Assembly: GCF_009914755.1 (NCBI RefSeq)
Contig: NC_060946.1
Length of the DNA stretch: 64,000 bases
Source of the DNA: the human T2T-CHM13v2.0 reference genome, Homo sapiens
Reading direction: 5' to 3' (one strand)
Part shown: in pieces, positions 14,801 through 29,967 of the stretch
Numbering within the stretch: the stretch's first letter is position 1
Layout: the number at the start of each line of letters is the position of its first letter
The notes under the pieces: generated by a model
Told to the model about the DNA's origin: nothing
The model's database searches: none
Seen by the model: the letters and a program-made list of their open reading frames with translations, nothing else
Program-made: the position numbers and the translations under genes

Positions 14801-15806
14801 GGCCGTCTCCTGTGGGCAGAATCCAGCCTCTGCCCCCACTCCCAGAGAGACCCAACTCCCTCCAAAAGGCTATGGACTCCTGAGCCCCCTTGCAGGAGAG
14901 GCAGTGTGGGTTCAGGCTCCCTGACCCCCGCCCTGTCCCTGCCCGGTACTTTGTCAGAGACTCGGGGTCCCGCCGTGCCGAGAGTGTATTTCTGAGCTCT
15001 TCCATGCATATAGTGTTCCTTGGTTCCCTATCCTCGTCCCACTGAGAATGTCCAGTAGCCCCTCTGGGAGTCGGGGTGCAGTTCTCGGGAACCCTCCCAC
15101 ACAGAGAGGGAGCAAGGCGAGGCTCACAAGAGATGGACCTGCTTTTTACTGAGCGCTTGGCCCTGACAGGCTCTCCACCTGTAAAACCACAGTGTCCCTA
15201 CCTCCTCAAGCACCTGGCACCTAGGAGTGGCTCTGGGAGGGTGGGGCTGCCCCTCACTGCTGCCTGGTTACCTGTTTCACAAAGGAGGAGACTGAGGCTG
15301 GAGAGGTGAGGTGACCTAGCTGGAAAGAGGTGGAGCCAGGAAACCAGCCCAGATGGAGGGCAGGGCCAGCATCTGGCGGGACAAGGTTAGTTCCTCCTGC
15401 AGTCATCTAACTGACACCTGGGCTCAGCCTCTAGGGAGGAAACTGCTGCCATAGAGCCTTGAAAGCCAGGCAGAGGGGACTAGACACTGTGCCTCAAGGC
15501 AGGTATGGGCCGGTGAGGGAAGGAGGCGGCAATGGCTGGGAGGGGCCCAGGCAGGGGTCGGGCAGCTGCAATGCGGGCTGGAGTCTTGGGGAGTGTGGGC
15601 CACAGGGAAGGGTTGGATGCATGTCACTCACAGGGAGGGCCAGGGCTTGTCAGTTTGACTCACTGAACTTCGGTTTTCTCCTCTGTGAAATAGCAGTGGG
15701 AGGCGGATGTCCACACGAGATTAGAGAACAGCTAAGATACTGAGCACAGCCCCGTCAGAGGGCGGCTCTCGGGGAGGCCTCAGATGTGCTGTCCTCTCAT
15801 TCCCCT

Positions 15807-16220
15807 CCTTAGTCCTGTGTGTGCTGCTATCACAGAATACCTGAGACTGGGTGGTCTGTAAACAGCAGAACTTTCTCACGGATCTGGAGGCTGGGAAGTC
15901 CAGGGTCGAGGAGCTAGCATATGGCGAGGGCCCTCATGCTGCGTCATCCCATGGCAGAAGGGCAGAAGTATCCACACATGGAGACGGGCAGGGCTGACCG
16001 CATGCAGTTATCAGGAACACGATAACTAACCCACTTTGAGCCCATGCTGTTATCAGGAACAATAACTAACCCACTCCTACAATAGCAGCATAAATTCCTC
16101 CATGAGGGTGGAGCCCTCACGGCCTAATCACCTCTTAAAGTCCACACCTCAACACCACTGCACTGGGGATTAAATTTCCTACATGTGAACGTTGGGGGAC
16201 ACATTTTTCAGACTATAGCA
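15807..16220 (-). mobile_element. ERVL-MaLR solo LTR (MLT1A/MST-like)
   Basis: Typical motifs CTGAGACTGGGT, GGAGGCTGGGAAGTCCA and CCTAATCACCTCTTAAAG; ends ...GGGGGACACATTTTTCAGACTATAGCA. Confidence 0.8.
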
Positions 16221-18454
16221 CCCCCTACATGATTACAGGCTGGCAAGGGGAAGCTGTGGACACAGGGGCTTGGGGATCCCTGGGCCTGTGGCCAGGCCAG
16301 GCTAGCTGGAGGCCAGGATCAGGCAGACAGCAGCAAACAAACTCCCCAAGGAGGTGGTGCAGGTGGCATGGGACCCCTCGCTTGCTTGTCTCCAAGTTCC
16401 GGGTGATCGGGGCTAGGGGAAAATAATGGGGGTGGGGGGATGGAAGTTAAGGGGAGGAGGGGGGATGGATGAGGAGGGCAGCCTGGATGGAGGTGTGTGG
16501 GCAGGGGGCAGATGGATGTGGAGTGCCAGCTCCAGGGTAGATCAGGGCAAGGTTCTGCAGTGTGGGTCAGGATCCAGGGCCTCCGGAGCCTCCTGGAGTC
16601 TGGGCCTCACCTTGGAGGTTTCCTGACTTTTTGGACCTTGAGCCTCCTTTAAGCTGCAGGAGACCCAGACACGGCGCACTGTCCAGGGTGACCCGTTCCT
16701 GTTGGAGTTGGGTAGTGGTGGGAAGGGCTGCCCTGGGTACCCTTGGCCTTGCAGGGAACTCTGGGCTCTGGGAAACATAATTTCAGCCTGGCCTTGCAGT
16801 GTGCCACCGGGGTGCTCACATGGTTTCAGGCTGGTGAGGGGCTTAGGAGGTTGGCAGGATGGGCAGATGCAGCTTTCCTGGGCAGCGAATCCGATCATCT
16901 ACCAGAGCTGGAGAGCCCTGTGACCTGAAAATGGCAGGCCCATGGGGTCCTGATGGCAGTGGGGGTGAGAGGGACCCTTGCCTTGGGCAAGGCTGAAGGC
17001 AGCAGCCTGGACTTTGCCCCTGAAACTCTGAGAAGCCCCAAGGCCGCAGGTGGGTGTGGACTCTGCTGCTGTCACTTGCCAGCTGCGAGTTTGAGGCCCT
17101 GTGTGCCTGTGGGGGTGGAATGAAGCGAGGCCAGTAGTGCTACAGTCTTCACATCACCCCCAACCCTCTCACAGCCCCAAGCACCTTCCCTGCACACTGG
17201 CCCAGCCCTCACGGGCTCCCACTGCCTCCTGGCTCTGCACACAGCAGGTCTGTGGTCATGTGTGGCCCTGCAGAGGGGACCCTTTTCCTCTCCCTGAGAG
17301 ATAAAGAGCCCTGTGCCTGAAATGCCACCAGCAGTACTCATTCCTCTGGCTAATCCCAAACATTCACTGAATATTTGCTCTGGGTGCTTCGGGCAGGAGC
17401 CACTGCTCACTTCTGGCCTGGCCTGTTCCCCCAGGCCAAGTTTACATCTCTCCATTCCAGGCTTTGTGTGTAAGAGGCAGTCAGAGCCCTCGGGCCCTCC
17501 TGAAATGTGCATATGCACCACTAGCCCCGGCTGGGACATCCGCCCTCTGCTCCCTGATAAGGTCCCTCTCTGCCTGGACTGGGGACTGAGGATCCGAGAT
17601 GGAAAAGCCCCAGCCCAGCGCCCCTGCCTTCCTGGAGTCAGAGAGGCCTGGGTTCTGCTTGTGGTGCGGCCTTCACCAATCACCCCCTCCTCAGGGCCTC
17701 CATCTCCCTGCTGGTGTGGAGTGAGGGATGAATTCACAGCAGGGCTTGCCAGGCTTTTTTTTTTTTTTTTTTTAACTGTAGAAGCTTTCCTTCCAACAAA
17801 ATCTTGCGAGGAGCTCAGTGTCTGAAATTGAAAAGCTGGGAGCATCTTCTTGATTGTGTTTTTTGGGGGCGAGTCCCTGGGCTTTGTTTTCTCTCCCCCT
17901 TCACTCCACCTCTCTCTCAGGTCCTGGGGCACCTGGAGGGGAGTTCCAGGGACCTGGCTGGGAAAGAGCTGTCCTCAGTGCCCATGGGACCAGTCCATGG
18001 GATGTGTCTGTACATCTGTGTATCGGGCCCTGAGGCCCACCTTTAGCCCACCTCCCCTCCCGAGGTCTCCTTCTGCCAATCACCTGCCTAATGCCCCTGC
18101 ACCCTGGTGTCAGGCAGCCCCCCAGAGCTGCATCCCTCCCTCCTGTAGTTAACCAATGCTCTATGAGCCTCTCTCAGCCAAGACCTTGGCATCAGCTCAC
18201 CACTGCCCCGCCCCTGGCCCTCCCCTTCATCACGGGCCGTCTCTCAGGCTTGGCGCCCTGGGATGCTCCCTTGCTCCAGCTCTGTGACTGTCCCCATGAG
18301 GGTCCTCCCTCAGTGCAGCCCCATCTCTCCAGCGGTGCTGGCACGATGGACCCGGTTGACTCCCTGCCTCCTGCCCTCTCCGTTCAGTCTAAACTGCACA
18401 GTCTAACGTAGGAACCACTAGAGCATGCAGCTATTAAAATTCAAATTAAATTAA

Positions 18455-18583
18455 GCTGGGTATGGTGGTGTGAGACTTGTCCCAACTACTCACGAGGCTG
18501 AGATGGGAGGATTGCTTGAGTCCAGGAATTCACATACAGCCTGGGTAACATAGGTCTCGTCTCTAAAAAACAAAAACAAAAAC
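18455..18583 (+). mobile_element. Alu monomer (FLAM-like)
   Basis: Single Alu arm with an A-rich tail. Confidence 0.7.
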
Positions 18584-21500
18584 ATTATGGAATGAGCCTC
18601 TGGGGATGAGGAGCTGATGTCCTGAATGGACCAGTGACCAGTGCAGGAGGGGTGGAGTCCTAGCAGGGGTAGATCCCAGCTTTGGGAACCAACTTTCCCA
18701 GGCACTTGCCGGCCACTCCGTGGGAAAGTCCTCAGGCAGCCTGCGGGGAGCTGGGATCAGCTGATGGGGATGGGTTTGGAGGGGAGAGAGTGGTGCACAG
18801 GGACTGGAGGTGGGGGAGGGGTGGGGTTGCCATGGAAAGGGCTCTTGGGATGGGTCTTGGGCTGAGCCTTTGGCAAGGCCTCCACCCTGGAGCTGAGCCA
18901 GCAGAGAGTGGGGCTGACTCCATGAGGCCCAGACTCTCGTGGGTATTCTGGTGGCCTGGGCACCCTGTCTTTCCTGAACCCTGCCTGCCTAATCTAAGAA
19001 CTGCTCCCCTTGTAGCTCTGTCTCTCCTCTGTTGGCCTAGTTTCTTCATCCATGGGTGGGCACAGCAGAAGCTGTCTCACCTGCTCCATGGTGAACGGGA
19101 TTTGCAAGGATTTGACTCTGGCCATCCAGGGAAGATGGAGTCTTTGACCAGGCCTGGCCCCTGAAGCAGACTTCTTCCTTCTGAGCCTGCTGGGGAAGCA
19201 GAATTCCTCGATGCTGGGTGTCATGGTCTACCAGGCCCTCCCTCGCCCAGGCCACTTGTGTTGAGCCTGGAGCAGAACCCCCAGATCTGTAGTCCGCCTG
19301 TCAGCTTGGGGAGTCTCCGTTTCCATCTGTTTCATTCCCATCAGCTGTGTGTGGCTGAGCAAGTCACTTAACCTCTTGAGGCCTCCATGTCCTCATCTGC
19401 AAAATGGAGACACACATATCTGCGTCCCCGATGACCACCAGTAGCTGGGATGATACGTCGACTGCAGAGTGACCACTTTGTGTAGGCGTCCCTGTGGATG
19501 GTTGTCAGTCAAAGGAGTGAGTCAGATGATGAGAGGGGAGGACAGCAGAGCAGCAGTTGTTTCTTCAGTCTCGCCGGGACTCCAGGATCGGCCATGTTCT
19601 GCAGCCACCGCCTCTACCTGTCTCCCCATGTGGGATCCTGAAACCTCAAGCTGCATTTAGTTTCAGAGTCCGGGGAGGTGCTCACTGTCTTCTGACTCCT
19701 GAGATGCCGACTCCCTCTGCCATACCCCAGGGAAGGAACCAGTAGCAGAAGCTCCAGGGAAACTGATGAAGGTCAACAGAAGGAAGAACTTCTAGCAGCC
19801 CAAAGGGATTGGAATGGGCGGCCCGTGGGAGTGGACATGCAGAGGCACTGGCCTGGGGTGAAGCCTTGGACCAAATTCTTACTTGCAGGCCCTCTGGACC
19901 CAGGAGAGGAGTCTGCAGGCCTCGGCTGGGCCGGATTCCGCAGATTCTGGCCTAGGTCCTGAATGCCTGGTGAGTTACTGAGAAAGGCCCTACAGGCTGA
20001 GGGTGCCAGTCAGGGTGAAGCAGCCCCGCAATTGGCCCACCTCCTTTTGTACCTTAACAAAGGTGTCTTTGTTACCTTTCTTAAAGGTAATAAAGCCGGT
20101 CAGGAGCAAGGCCTGGCATATTCAGGGGGTCATCTGTATTTGGTCGTCCAGCGGGAAACCCAAATGGAAGGAAAGAAAAAAAAAAAAACCATGCATTTAT
20201 AGAACCTCTGCCAATGGCCAGGCTCCATGCAGAATGCTTTGACACCGTGGCTCAGCCAGGTCTCCCACAGGACTGCAAAACAGAGGGTGACATCTTTCTT
20301 TTAGATCGGAGAAGACTGAGGACCAGAGAAGCTAAGTAACTTGCCAAAGGGCACACAGCAAGTAAGTCATGGCACTGGGATTCAAACCAAATCCTCCAGA
20401 CTTCCAGTAACAGTGGAGCCGGCGTGTCCTGAGCATCTGTTGTGTGCTTAGGCATGGTCCCTAGCTTTTTGCGGGGATTAACTCACTCAACTCTCACAAC
20501 AACCCTGTGAGACAGAAACGGTTATACCTCCGTATCGTGGAGGGGGAAACTGAAGCACGGGGAGGCAGAGTGACTTGCCAAGGCCACAAGCAGTGTTCGG
20601 ATCTGGCCATTGTGGCCACTGGCCTACCTTGTGCCCCAGGAGCTGCTGTACATGGCAGGGATTGCTGCAAAGATGTGCCTCCTGCCTTCTTTTTGGAGGT
20701 GGCAGAGCCCTTAGGTCACATGGGGCAGGACCAGGCCGGGTGGAAGGTGAGCACAGGGAGACGGGCTTCAGCGCGAAGCCCTTTCGTACAGTTGAACTAA
20801 CTCCTGGAGAGGTAGTGCGGGTCCACCCCAAGGTGTACCAGGGCTGGGGGCAGTGGATGGGCTACTTCCTGCCCAGAAGTAGAGACTGAGGTTGTTTCTG
20901 GCATCCTCCAAAATGCCCCTCATGGACATTCCAGGGATGCCCTGAGTGCCCACTGGGTGTTGGGCCTGCTTTACTGCTGGACATGTGACAGCTGGCCCCT
21001 TCTCCCAGTTGGAGGAGTGCCCAGTGGCTGTCCCCCAGCTGAAGACGCCAGACATCAGGTGTTGAGGGGCAGGCGGAGAAGGGGCCAGAGGGTGGTGGAC
21101 AGGGGAACCGGCTGTTAAGACATGAGCCGTCTGAACCACGGAGGTGGGTGGCAGGGGCCAGGGTGAGGCCAGCCAAGGGCACCCTGGGGACTGAGCTAGG
21201 ACTCTGGCCAGCACGGGCAAGCTCAGGACCACGGAGAGCTCCACAGGAGCCGCCCTTCACCAAGCGACAGCTGTCAGTGTGAGTCTGCACCTGGGAGGCT
21301 GCTACCTGCCTGGCCAGCTCCCACCATCACAGCCAGTGGCCTCCAGAGAGCACCTCCCTTCTCCCTGGCCAGAAGCCCCTGGCTGGGCTCCACCTGAGTC
21401 CTGACTATGAGGTCATGGCTGGGTCATGGAGTTTGGGCTCATCAGCTTCCCTCCCTCACAGCCCGTCAGGCTTCCAAGCAGAGCTAGAGAAAAATGGCAC

Positions 21501-21685
21501 AAGAAGTGGGAAGAGGGAGGGAAAGAAGGAAATCTGTCCAGCTCAGACCCTCCAGGCCATGGCCACTGCCTGAGGCCTGCCTGCTGCCATCCTGGGTCAG
21601 CCTCAGCCTCCCTCTTCCAGGATCACCTGGCTGCCAGGAAGCACCTGGCCCATGCTCTACCACCTATCCCAACAGACCCAGGACC

Positions 21686-21982
21686 GGCCAGAGGCGGTGG
21701 CCCACGCTTGCAATCCCAACACTGGGGGGCCGAGGTATCACTTGAGCCCAGGAGGTCGAGACCAGCTTGGCAATGTAGGGAGACCTCCTCTCTACAAAAA
21801 AATGTTTAAAAAATCAGCCGAGTGGTGGCACACACCTGTAGTCCCAGCTACTTAGGAGGCTGAGGTGGGAGGATCACTTGAACCCAGGAGTTTGTGGCTG
21901 CAGTGAACCTTGACCACCCCACTGTACTCCAGCCTGCCTGGGTAACAAAGAAAGACAAAACCCTGTCTAAAAAAATTTAAAA
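21686..21982 (+). mobile_element. Alu (J-like)
   Basis: Diverged dimeric Alu. Confidence 0.85.
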
Positions 21983-24574
21983 AGTCACAGGCCCCTGGGG
22001 CTGGGCACAACTTACGGGGTGTCTGGCAGCGGGGTGGGGGTGGAGCCTCAAGCCCCCCTTTTCTTGGAGTCTCAGGAGGCGTGGCTTCCCAGCCCCTGGC
22101 CCCTCCCCACAGCAGGTTTAGGTTTTGCTCCCTGTTGCCCTGAGATAGGACAGCACCCACCTAGGCTTAGGCCCTGCCAGGGACTCACCTCCAAGCCTCT
22201 GCTTCTGGTGTCTCCCCACCCAAAGGCTCACTCTTTCTCTTCTCTGCCAGGCTGGGGAATAATAATAGAAGAGCTAGCACTTATCATTGAGTGCTTACTG
22301 TGTGCTAGGCATCTCATCGATGGGAAAACAGAGGTACAGAAAAGTGCTTAACCTGCACAAGGCCACACAGATAGGAGTGGCAGAGCTGGGATTTGAACTG
22401 GGGAGTCCGAGCACATGGAAGTGATGGTGAGGGCATTGTGGAGGCCCAGGGCAGTGCGGGGTGATCTCATTGAGCACCTGCTGTGTACATTCCCTGCTCT
22501 AGGGAGCTTATATGCCAGCTGGGAAGACAGACATCTAGGGGAAAATGAGCCTAGTGTTGACTGGGGCTGGGGCCGTGCATAGGTCTCTCTGATTCTTACT
22601 TGAAATAAGCAGGGCAGAGATAATGATACCCATTTTATACATGGAGGAGTTGAGGCTGAGAGAGGTCAGGTGACCTGCTCTGTTCATAGTGACTATAGGA
22701 ACATTGATGATGATGAGGAGCTGGGGGAGGTTGGGAGAGTTCGGGATGGGCTCTGGCTTGGGGCAGAGGCAGGTGCTTTGGCTCCAGGGAGGCTATCTTG
22801 GCACAGAGCAGGCATCTGAGAAATACTAGGTGAATTTTAACGAACTGAGTAAGAGCCAGAGTATGGCATTTGTGCTAACAGAGATTAGCCTTGGTGGTGG
22901 GAAGGAGCTGGAGAGGGGTTTTGTCCTCAGAGAGCTGCCTGCCTGGGTCACAGAGGGCGCCCAGCCCAGGGAAGGCCCTAAGCCCTCGCTCAGTTAACCT
23001 TATTCCCCAGGTAGGTCCTAACCACAGTGACCCTCCTGGCTTCCTGAGCTGCTGGAGGACCTCAAGCCACGTACATCCAGGGAAGTAGGTGGGAGTGGGA
23101 CAGTGGGCTGGACGATGTCCCCCACAGTGCTTTGAGGCCACAGGGGGACCACAGACAAAGCATATCCCACCCCGCCCATCCCTCAGGTGAAGCTTCTAGA
23201 CAGCATGCTGCAGAGAGGACCTGAGGTTTGGATCTAGAGACAAAGGTTAGCCCAGGACCTGCTGCTAGCCAGTGTTTGACCTTGGCCATGTCCTTCACGC
23301 CCAGCCTCACTGTTGGTGTCTGCAGGAGGAGAAGTAGTGGTTAGGGCTAGGCCCTGCAGAGACAGATGCTGGCTGCAAGCCCCAGGTCTGCCAGATAGGG
23401 CCAGCCTCCTCCACCCCAGTCAAGGGCTGGTCCATTCTTCCAGTGCCTGGGGCCACCCAGTGTGCTGCCTTGCTCACATCCAGCTCTTCAGCAAATCCAG
23501 CAGAATCTGAGCACACTCTACACCCTACAACCTGGTGGAAGCCACCCTGACTCACCTGGGCAGTTCAGTGTGGCCTCCTGGCTTCCCCTGCCCTGCCCTT
23601 GAAGTGCCCATTCATTCTCAGCAGAGCAGCCAAAGTGAGCCATTCACACCAAGGTCAGGCCATGGCCTCCCTTCTCTGAATCCTCCAGTGAAAGCCACAC
23701 TTCGAACCATGCCTCCAGGCCCTGTGATCTGGGTTTGTTCCCTGCCCCCCATGTCCCCTCACTTGCTCCGTCCCACCCGCCTTGCTGTTCTTCACTGGCG
23801 CACATACACTCCTGCCAGGGCACTGGTTGTGCCTTCTGCCTGGAACATTCTTCCCTGGCGCCCTCTCCTGCGTGGAGTCTGCTCACGTCGCCTCCTCGGT
23901 GAGCCTGCCCTGCCCACTCCATTCATCACTGGACATAATGACGCACTCGCTCCTGCCCGTTACCCGCTTTGTCTTTCTCCAGAGCACAGCCTCTTTGGGC
24001 GCGCAGTTTTCTGAGCTGACTAGTGTGTTTGTAGTTTACGCAGGCTCCCTACCCTGTTGGGTGCTGAGCAGGTTCCCTGAGGGCAGGGATTTTGGTCCGT
24101 CCTGTCTCCCCATGTTCCCAGTACCCACCGAGGTGCCTGGCACACGGGGCTCTGGCAAAATCGTTGCTGAGTGAATGAGTGACGTGGGTTGGGTGAGCAC
24201 CCTGTGGCATGTTGTATGGATCAAATGCCCCAGGGCTGCACCATCCACTGGGTTGTCTTCACTGGTCACAGGTGGACTCCTCAGGGGCTCTGTCACTCTA
24301 CTTGGGTTGAACTTGGCAGCTGGAAGGGGCTCAGGACAGCTTTACCACTGGATACAACCCCGTGATTGACCCTATAGGATCCAGTATGATCCTTCTATTG
24401 TGCAATGCTGTGCAAGCGACATCATCTCCCTGGCCTCGGTTTCCTTATACAAGGGTACCTGCTTCGTGTTGGGAGGATTCAGTACAGTCACGTGTGTAAC
24501 AAGCTTAGGACAGTGTCTGGCATGTCAGCCTCAGTGATAGTTTTACTGTTACACCTGATGGTTTGTCAATGCTT

Positions 24575-24909
24575 TGTTATTTTTGCTTTTGAGATAAGAG
24601 TCTCACTCCCCTGCCCAGGCTGGAGTGCAGAATTGCGATCTCTCAGCTCACTGCAGCCTTGACCTGCAGGGCTCAAGCAGTCTTCCCACCTCAGCTTCCC
24701 AAGTAGCTAGAACTACAGGCACATAGTAGTTCTGCATGCCTGGCACTGCTAGAAAGTAGGCACTGCTAATTTTTTTTTTTTTTTTTTTTGTAGAGACGGG
24801 GTTTAGCCATGTTGCCCAAGCTGGTCTTGAACTCCCGGACTCAAGCAATCTGCCCACCTTGGCCTCCCAAAGTGCAGAGATTCCAGAGGCATGAGCCACT
24901 GTGCCCAGC
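24575..24909 (-). mobile_element. Alu (J-like)
   Basis: Reverse-complement Alu with a small internal insertion and a long middle T run. Confidence 0.8.
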
Positions 24910-25835
24910 TTTGATGAAGCTTTGTAATGGAAGCTGAAATGCCACCAACTGGGGCCCAGTTTGGTTCCATGGCTTTAGCCCACAGCTGGGCCACCTGCAC
25001 TACAGAGGGATCTGGTGGTCTCAGCTGTCATGAGGGAGAGAGGCACTGGCTTGAGAACCAGAACTTACGTTCAAGTCCTGACTCAGCCACCTCCTTAATG
25101 ATGTCCTTTGGGGAAAGTCTTGCCATCTTTCTGAGTCTCGTTTTCTCCATCTGTTAAAACAGGGCAGTTTAAATAACCTACCAGAGTGCCTGTGAGATTT
25201 AAATGAGACCCTGAGTGCCAGTGCTTATTTATTCCATTTTATTTATATGCTGTCTCAATAAAAAAATGAAAAGACAAAAAGGAATTGAGCTGAAAAGGAT
25301 TGAAACTATGCGGGCAGCTGCAAGTGAAGGAGTCCAAGAAAATGCTGTCTGTGAGGTGCTGTTGACATGCTCTGGCTGACCACTGTGTGCTTCTGAGCCT
25401 CCTAGCAGCCTGAGTGATGAGGGAAACATGCCCAGATCCTTGATTCTCAGCAGCAACCCAGACTGAGGCCTTATTAAGGGGCCCTGTCCTGAAGGCTCCA
25501 GTGACTGAGAGGGGAGCTCCCAAGCACTGGTGAGTCCGTGCTCAGAAGGGCACAGCTGGCTATGAGTAACTAGATCCTGAAAGCCAGCCAAGGGGCAGCT
25601 GGGTCAATCTGACCCCAGCAGGTCCACGGAGGCCCTTTACGCCAAGCAGGCTGTTTCCTTGCCTCTCTGAGTTCCTCTTACCTTGCTTTGCTAAAGCCTT
25701 TGTTCATGCTGCCAGGGGATTTAGAGTCTGAATGGCAGCCCCAGGCCATGCCTGCCACATAGCTTACACCAGTTGTGTAACTTAGAGTGTCCCCCTCAGA
25801 GGCAGGTCCCAAGTACAGAAAAATAGCCCACTAAG

Positions 25836-26145
25836 GCTAGGCACAGTGGCCCACACCTGTAATCCCAGCACTCTGGGAGGCCAAGGCGGGCAGATCACCT
25901 GAGGTCAGGAGTTCGAGACGAGCCTGACCAACATGGTGAAACCCCACCTCTACTAAAGATACAAAATTAGCCGGTGTAGTGGTGCATGTCTGTAGTCCCA
26001 GCTACTCAGGAGGCTAAGGCGGGAGAATTGCTTGAGGCAGAGGTTGTGGTGAGCTGAGATCGCACCATTGCACTCCAGCCTGGGCAACAAGAGCAAAACT
26101 CCGTCTCAAAAAAATTAAAAAATTAAAAAAAAAAGAAAAGAAAAA
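25836..26145 (+). mobile_element. Alu with TSD AAAATAGCCCAC
   Basis: Alu consensus with a flanking duplication. Confidence 0.9.
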
Positions 26146-26769
26146 TAGCCCACCAGAAGGATCCAGGCTGCCTTTCCAAGTCCTGAAACCCCAAGAGTAG
26201 GTTGCTCTGGAAGCTTCCGCCATGCTAACCCCGGCTGCAGTATTGCCTTGTGTCTGGTCCTGGCCACAGCACTCCTAGCCCCTTTTGCTCACCCTGCTGG
26301 TCCAGCCCAACTGGTCTCACTTTGCCAGACAAGGGCTGGAATCCAAAATGGAGAATGAAGTGCAGAAGACCCACTTCAAAATGTTATCAAGGAGCAGCCC
26401 CTCCTTCCAAACTCCAGTGGCGAACAGCCCCAGCTCTGCCCTGGGACATTTAGCAGAGGTCAGGCCCCTACCCCAGATTGTTCTACCTGCCCGCAGTCAG
26501 CTGTGCCCACTCCGTGTGGACAGCTCCAGGGGGGCAGGCGTTTACTGGAGGAGGGATATCTGAGCTCGAATGGGGCAAACGCTGCCCTGATTGTCGGGAT
26601 CAGCAGCTCCACTGCTTCTTACCAGCCTGCTCAGGACTCCTCGCAAGCTGAGGTCATGAGGGGCACCTGGTGCAGGAGCCCAGCTGCCCGGTTCACACTC
26701 CAGCTCTGTTGTGACTTTGGGCAGGTCCCTGAAGGCCCCTAGGTCCTGGTTTCCTCCTCTATAAAATGA

Positions 26770-27293
<524 letters not shown>

Positions 27294-27316
27294 CAAATTC
27301 CTATCTTTCCACCCTA

Positions 27317-27707
<391 letters not shown>

Positions 27708-27969
27708 CTAGGTGGGACAGTGCCAGATGCCAAAGGCAAGGTTTCTGTCTCAGCCTTTTCTGTGACTCAGTGGGTTCCCCCCGGACAGGTCACTGGTCTC
27801 ACTTGGCCCCACCCAGCATCTTCACTGGTCAAATGGATGTAAACTCCTGGCTCGCCTGCCCACCTGCCTAGACTCAAGGGTGAAATGAGCTGGATGGCTA
27901 CGGTCGGAGGTGCTCTGTGGCTGCACGGCTCATTCATAAAACGAGGGATCCAAATCCAGCATGGGGTTT

Positions 27970-28128
27970 GGCTGATGGTGACATTCTGATGTCCGTTTCC
28001 TAGTTGTGACAAATGTACCATGGTGGTATAAACTGGGAGCAACAGGGTGAAGTGTGTGAGGAAGCCTCTGTGCTGTCTTTGCACCTTTTCTGATAATCTA
28101 CAAATATTCTAAAATTAAAAGTTTATTT
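27970..28128 (+). mobile_element. Old L1M (L1MC/MD-like) 3' end fragment
   Basis: GTTGTGACAAATGTACCATGG...TATTCTAAAATTAAAAGTTTATT resembles L1M 3' UTR ends. Confidence 0.55.
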
Positions 28129-28129
28129 A

Positions 28130-28445
28130 GGCCAGGCATGGTGGCTCATGCCTGTAATCTCAGCACTTTGGGAGGTCGAGGTGGGCGGATCACCTGAGGT
28201 CAGGAGTTCGAGACCTGCCTAGCCAACATGGCGAAACCCCATCTCTACTACAAATACAAAAATTAGCTGGGTGTGGTGGTGTGTGCCTGTAATCCCAGCT
28301 ACTTGGGAGGCTGAGGTGAGAATTCCTTGAACCTGGGAGGCAGGGGCTGCAGTGAGCAGAGATCGCACCACTGCACTTCAGCCTGGGCGACAGAGCAAGA
28401 CTCTGTCTTAAAAACAAACAAACAAACAAAAACACACAAAAAAAA
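28130..28445 (+). mobile_element. Alu (S-like)
   Basis: Alu consensus with an AAAC tail. Confidence 0.9.
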
Positions 28446-28764
28446 TTTAAATTGGAGAATGAGAATATACAAGCATCTCCATTCCACAGCCATAAACTGA
28501 TTGATAAATTAAACTGTATAAATGAATAGCAAATGGTTACATCATGAGTCATGAATACAGAGTGATTTATTCACAATAGCCATGTAATATGTGGGATTTA
28601 AAAGGAACTGGTACATTTATTTCTACTGATACCAAAATCTTTTAAATCTATCATTGATTGAGGAAAACAACTTGGTTAGACTTAGTGTCCAATATGGTAG
28701 TATTTATGAAAAATATTAAATCAAGAATAGAAAAATTGCATATAAAGCCAGAGATAGACCTCAA

Positions 28765-29420
28765 ATTTTTTTTTTTTTTTTTTAGATGGAGTCTTGCTCT
28801 TGTCACCCAGGTTCTGGAGTGCAATGGCGTGATCATGGCTCACTGCAACTTCCGCCCCCTGGGTTCAAGTAATTCTCCTGCCTCAGCCGGTATAGCTGGG
28901 ATTATAGGCATGCGCCACTACACTCAGCTAACTTTTGTATTTTTAGTAGAGACAGGGTTTCACCATGTTGGCCAGGCTGGTCTCGAACTCCTGACCTTGT
29001 GATCTGCCCACCTCGGCCTCCCAAAGTGCTGGGATTATAGGCGTGAGCCACTGCACTGGCCGACCTCAAATTTTTATGCCTGGAGATTAGTAAAGGGCAT
29101 GGAATAATGAAGGGGAACTTTTATTTTATTTTGTTTTTGAGATAGGGTCTCAGTCTGTTGTCCAGGCTGGGGCGCAGTGGTGCAATCATGGCTCACTGCA
29201 GCCTCAACCTCGAGGTCTCAAGTGATCCTCCCACCTCAGCCTCCTAAGTAGCTGGGACCACAAGCACATGGCACCACACCTGGCTAATTTTTAAATTTTC
29301 TGTAGAGATGGGGTCTCACTATGTTGTCCAAGCTGGTCTCAAACTCCTGGGCTCAAGTGATCCTCCTGCCTCAGCCTCTGAAGGTGTTGGGATTACAGGC
29401 GTGAGCCACCACGCCTGGCC
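28765..29420 (-). mobile_element. Two Alus (~28765-29061 S-like with TSD GACCTCAAATTTTT; ~29118-29420 J-like)
   Basis: Reverse-complement Alu copies. Confidence 0.88.
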
Positions 29421-29967
29421 TAATTTTATTCATTAAATATGTTAGAATTAAGTGTTTTCCCTTGAGACCTGTGAGTTTTTTCAGTGAAAAAATATTCAAA
29501 AGGTTTGTCAGTATGTCCATAAAAAAGAAGATAGGAGGGGAGGGACAGGACCCAGGAGGGCAGCCTACAGCCTGCTCTCCCCGTTCTGTCCTGGGGCGGA
29601 GTCTGTACTGCGAGTTGAGCTTTTCCCAAGGCGCATGTTACTCCTGGAGCCAAGCCTAGCAGTGCAGCCGCACAGTCAGGGTGGGGTGGGCCAGGCGGAG
29701 AAGCAGGCTGCAGAGGGGGCAGGGTGGTGGCCTGGGGATCTCAGGGAAGGGCTATGGGAGCACGGCGGTGTCCTCAGTGCTGGGGCTTTCAGGGGCCTTG
29801 GTACCGCGAGTTGACTCTTGGGGGCAGGAGGTCACTCCATGCAGGGGCAGCAGGTGCTGGCCACCACATTGTCCAGCAAGGTGGCAGCAGAGGCCTCCTA
29901 GGTCCCCTTCCTAGGAAAGGAGCCTGGGCTGCCCTGATGAGTCTCCTGTCTCTCTCTCTCCCGCAGG

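Noticed and set aside
17072-17932. 286-aa minus-strand ORF in the MGAT3 intron
   Set aside because: No recognisable domain or codon bias, and it crosses a mononucleotide run (poly-Lys); likely chance.
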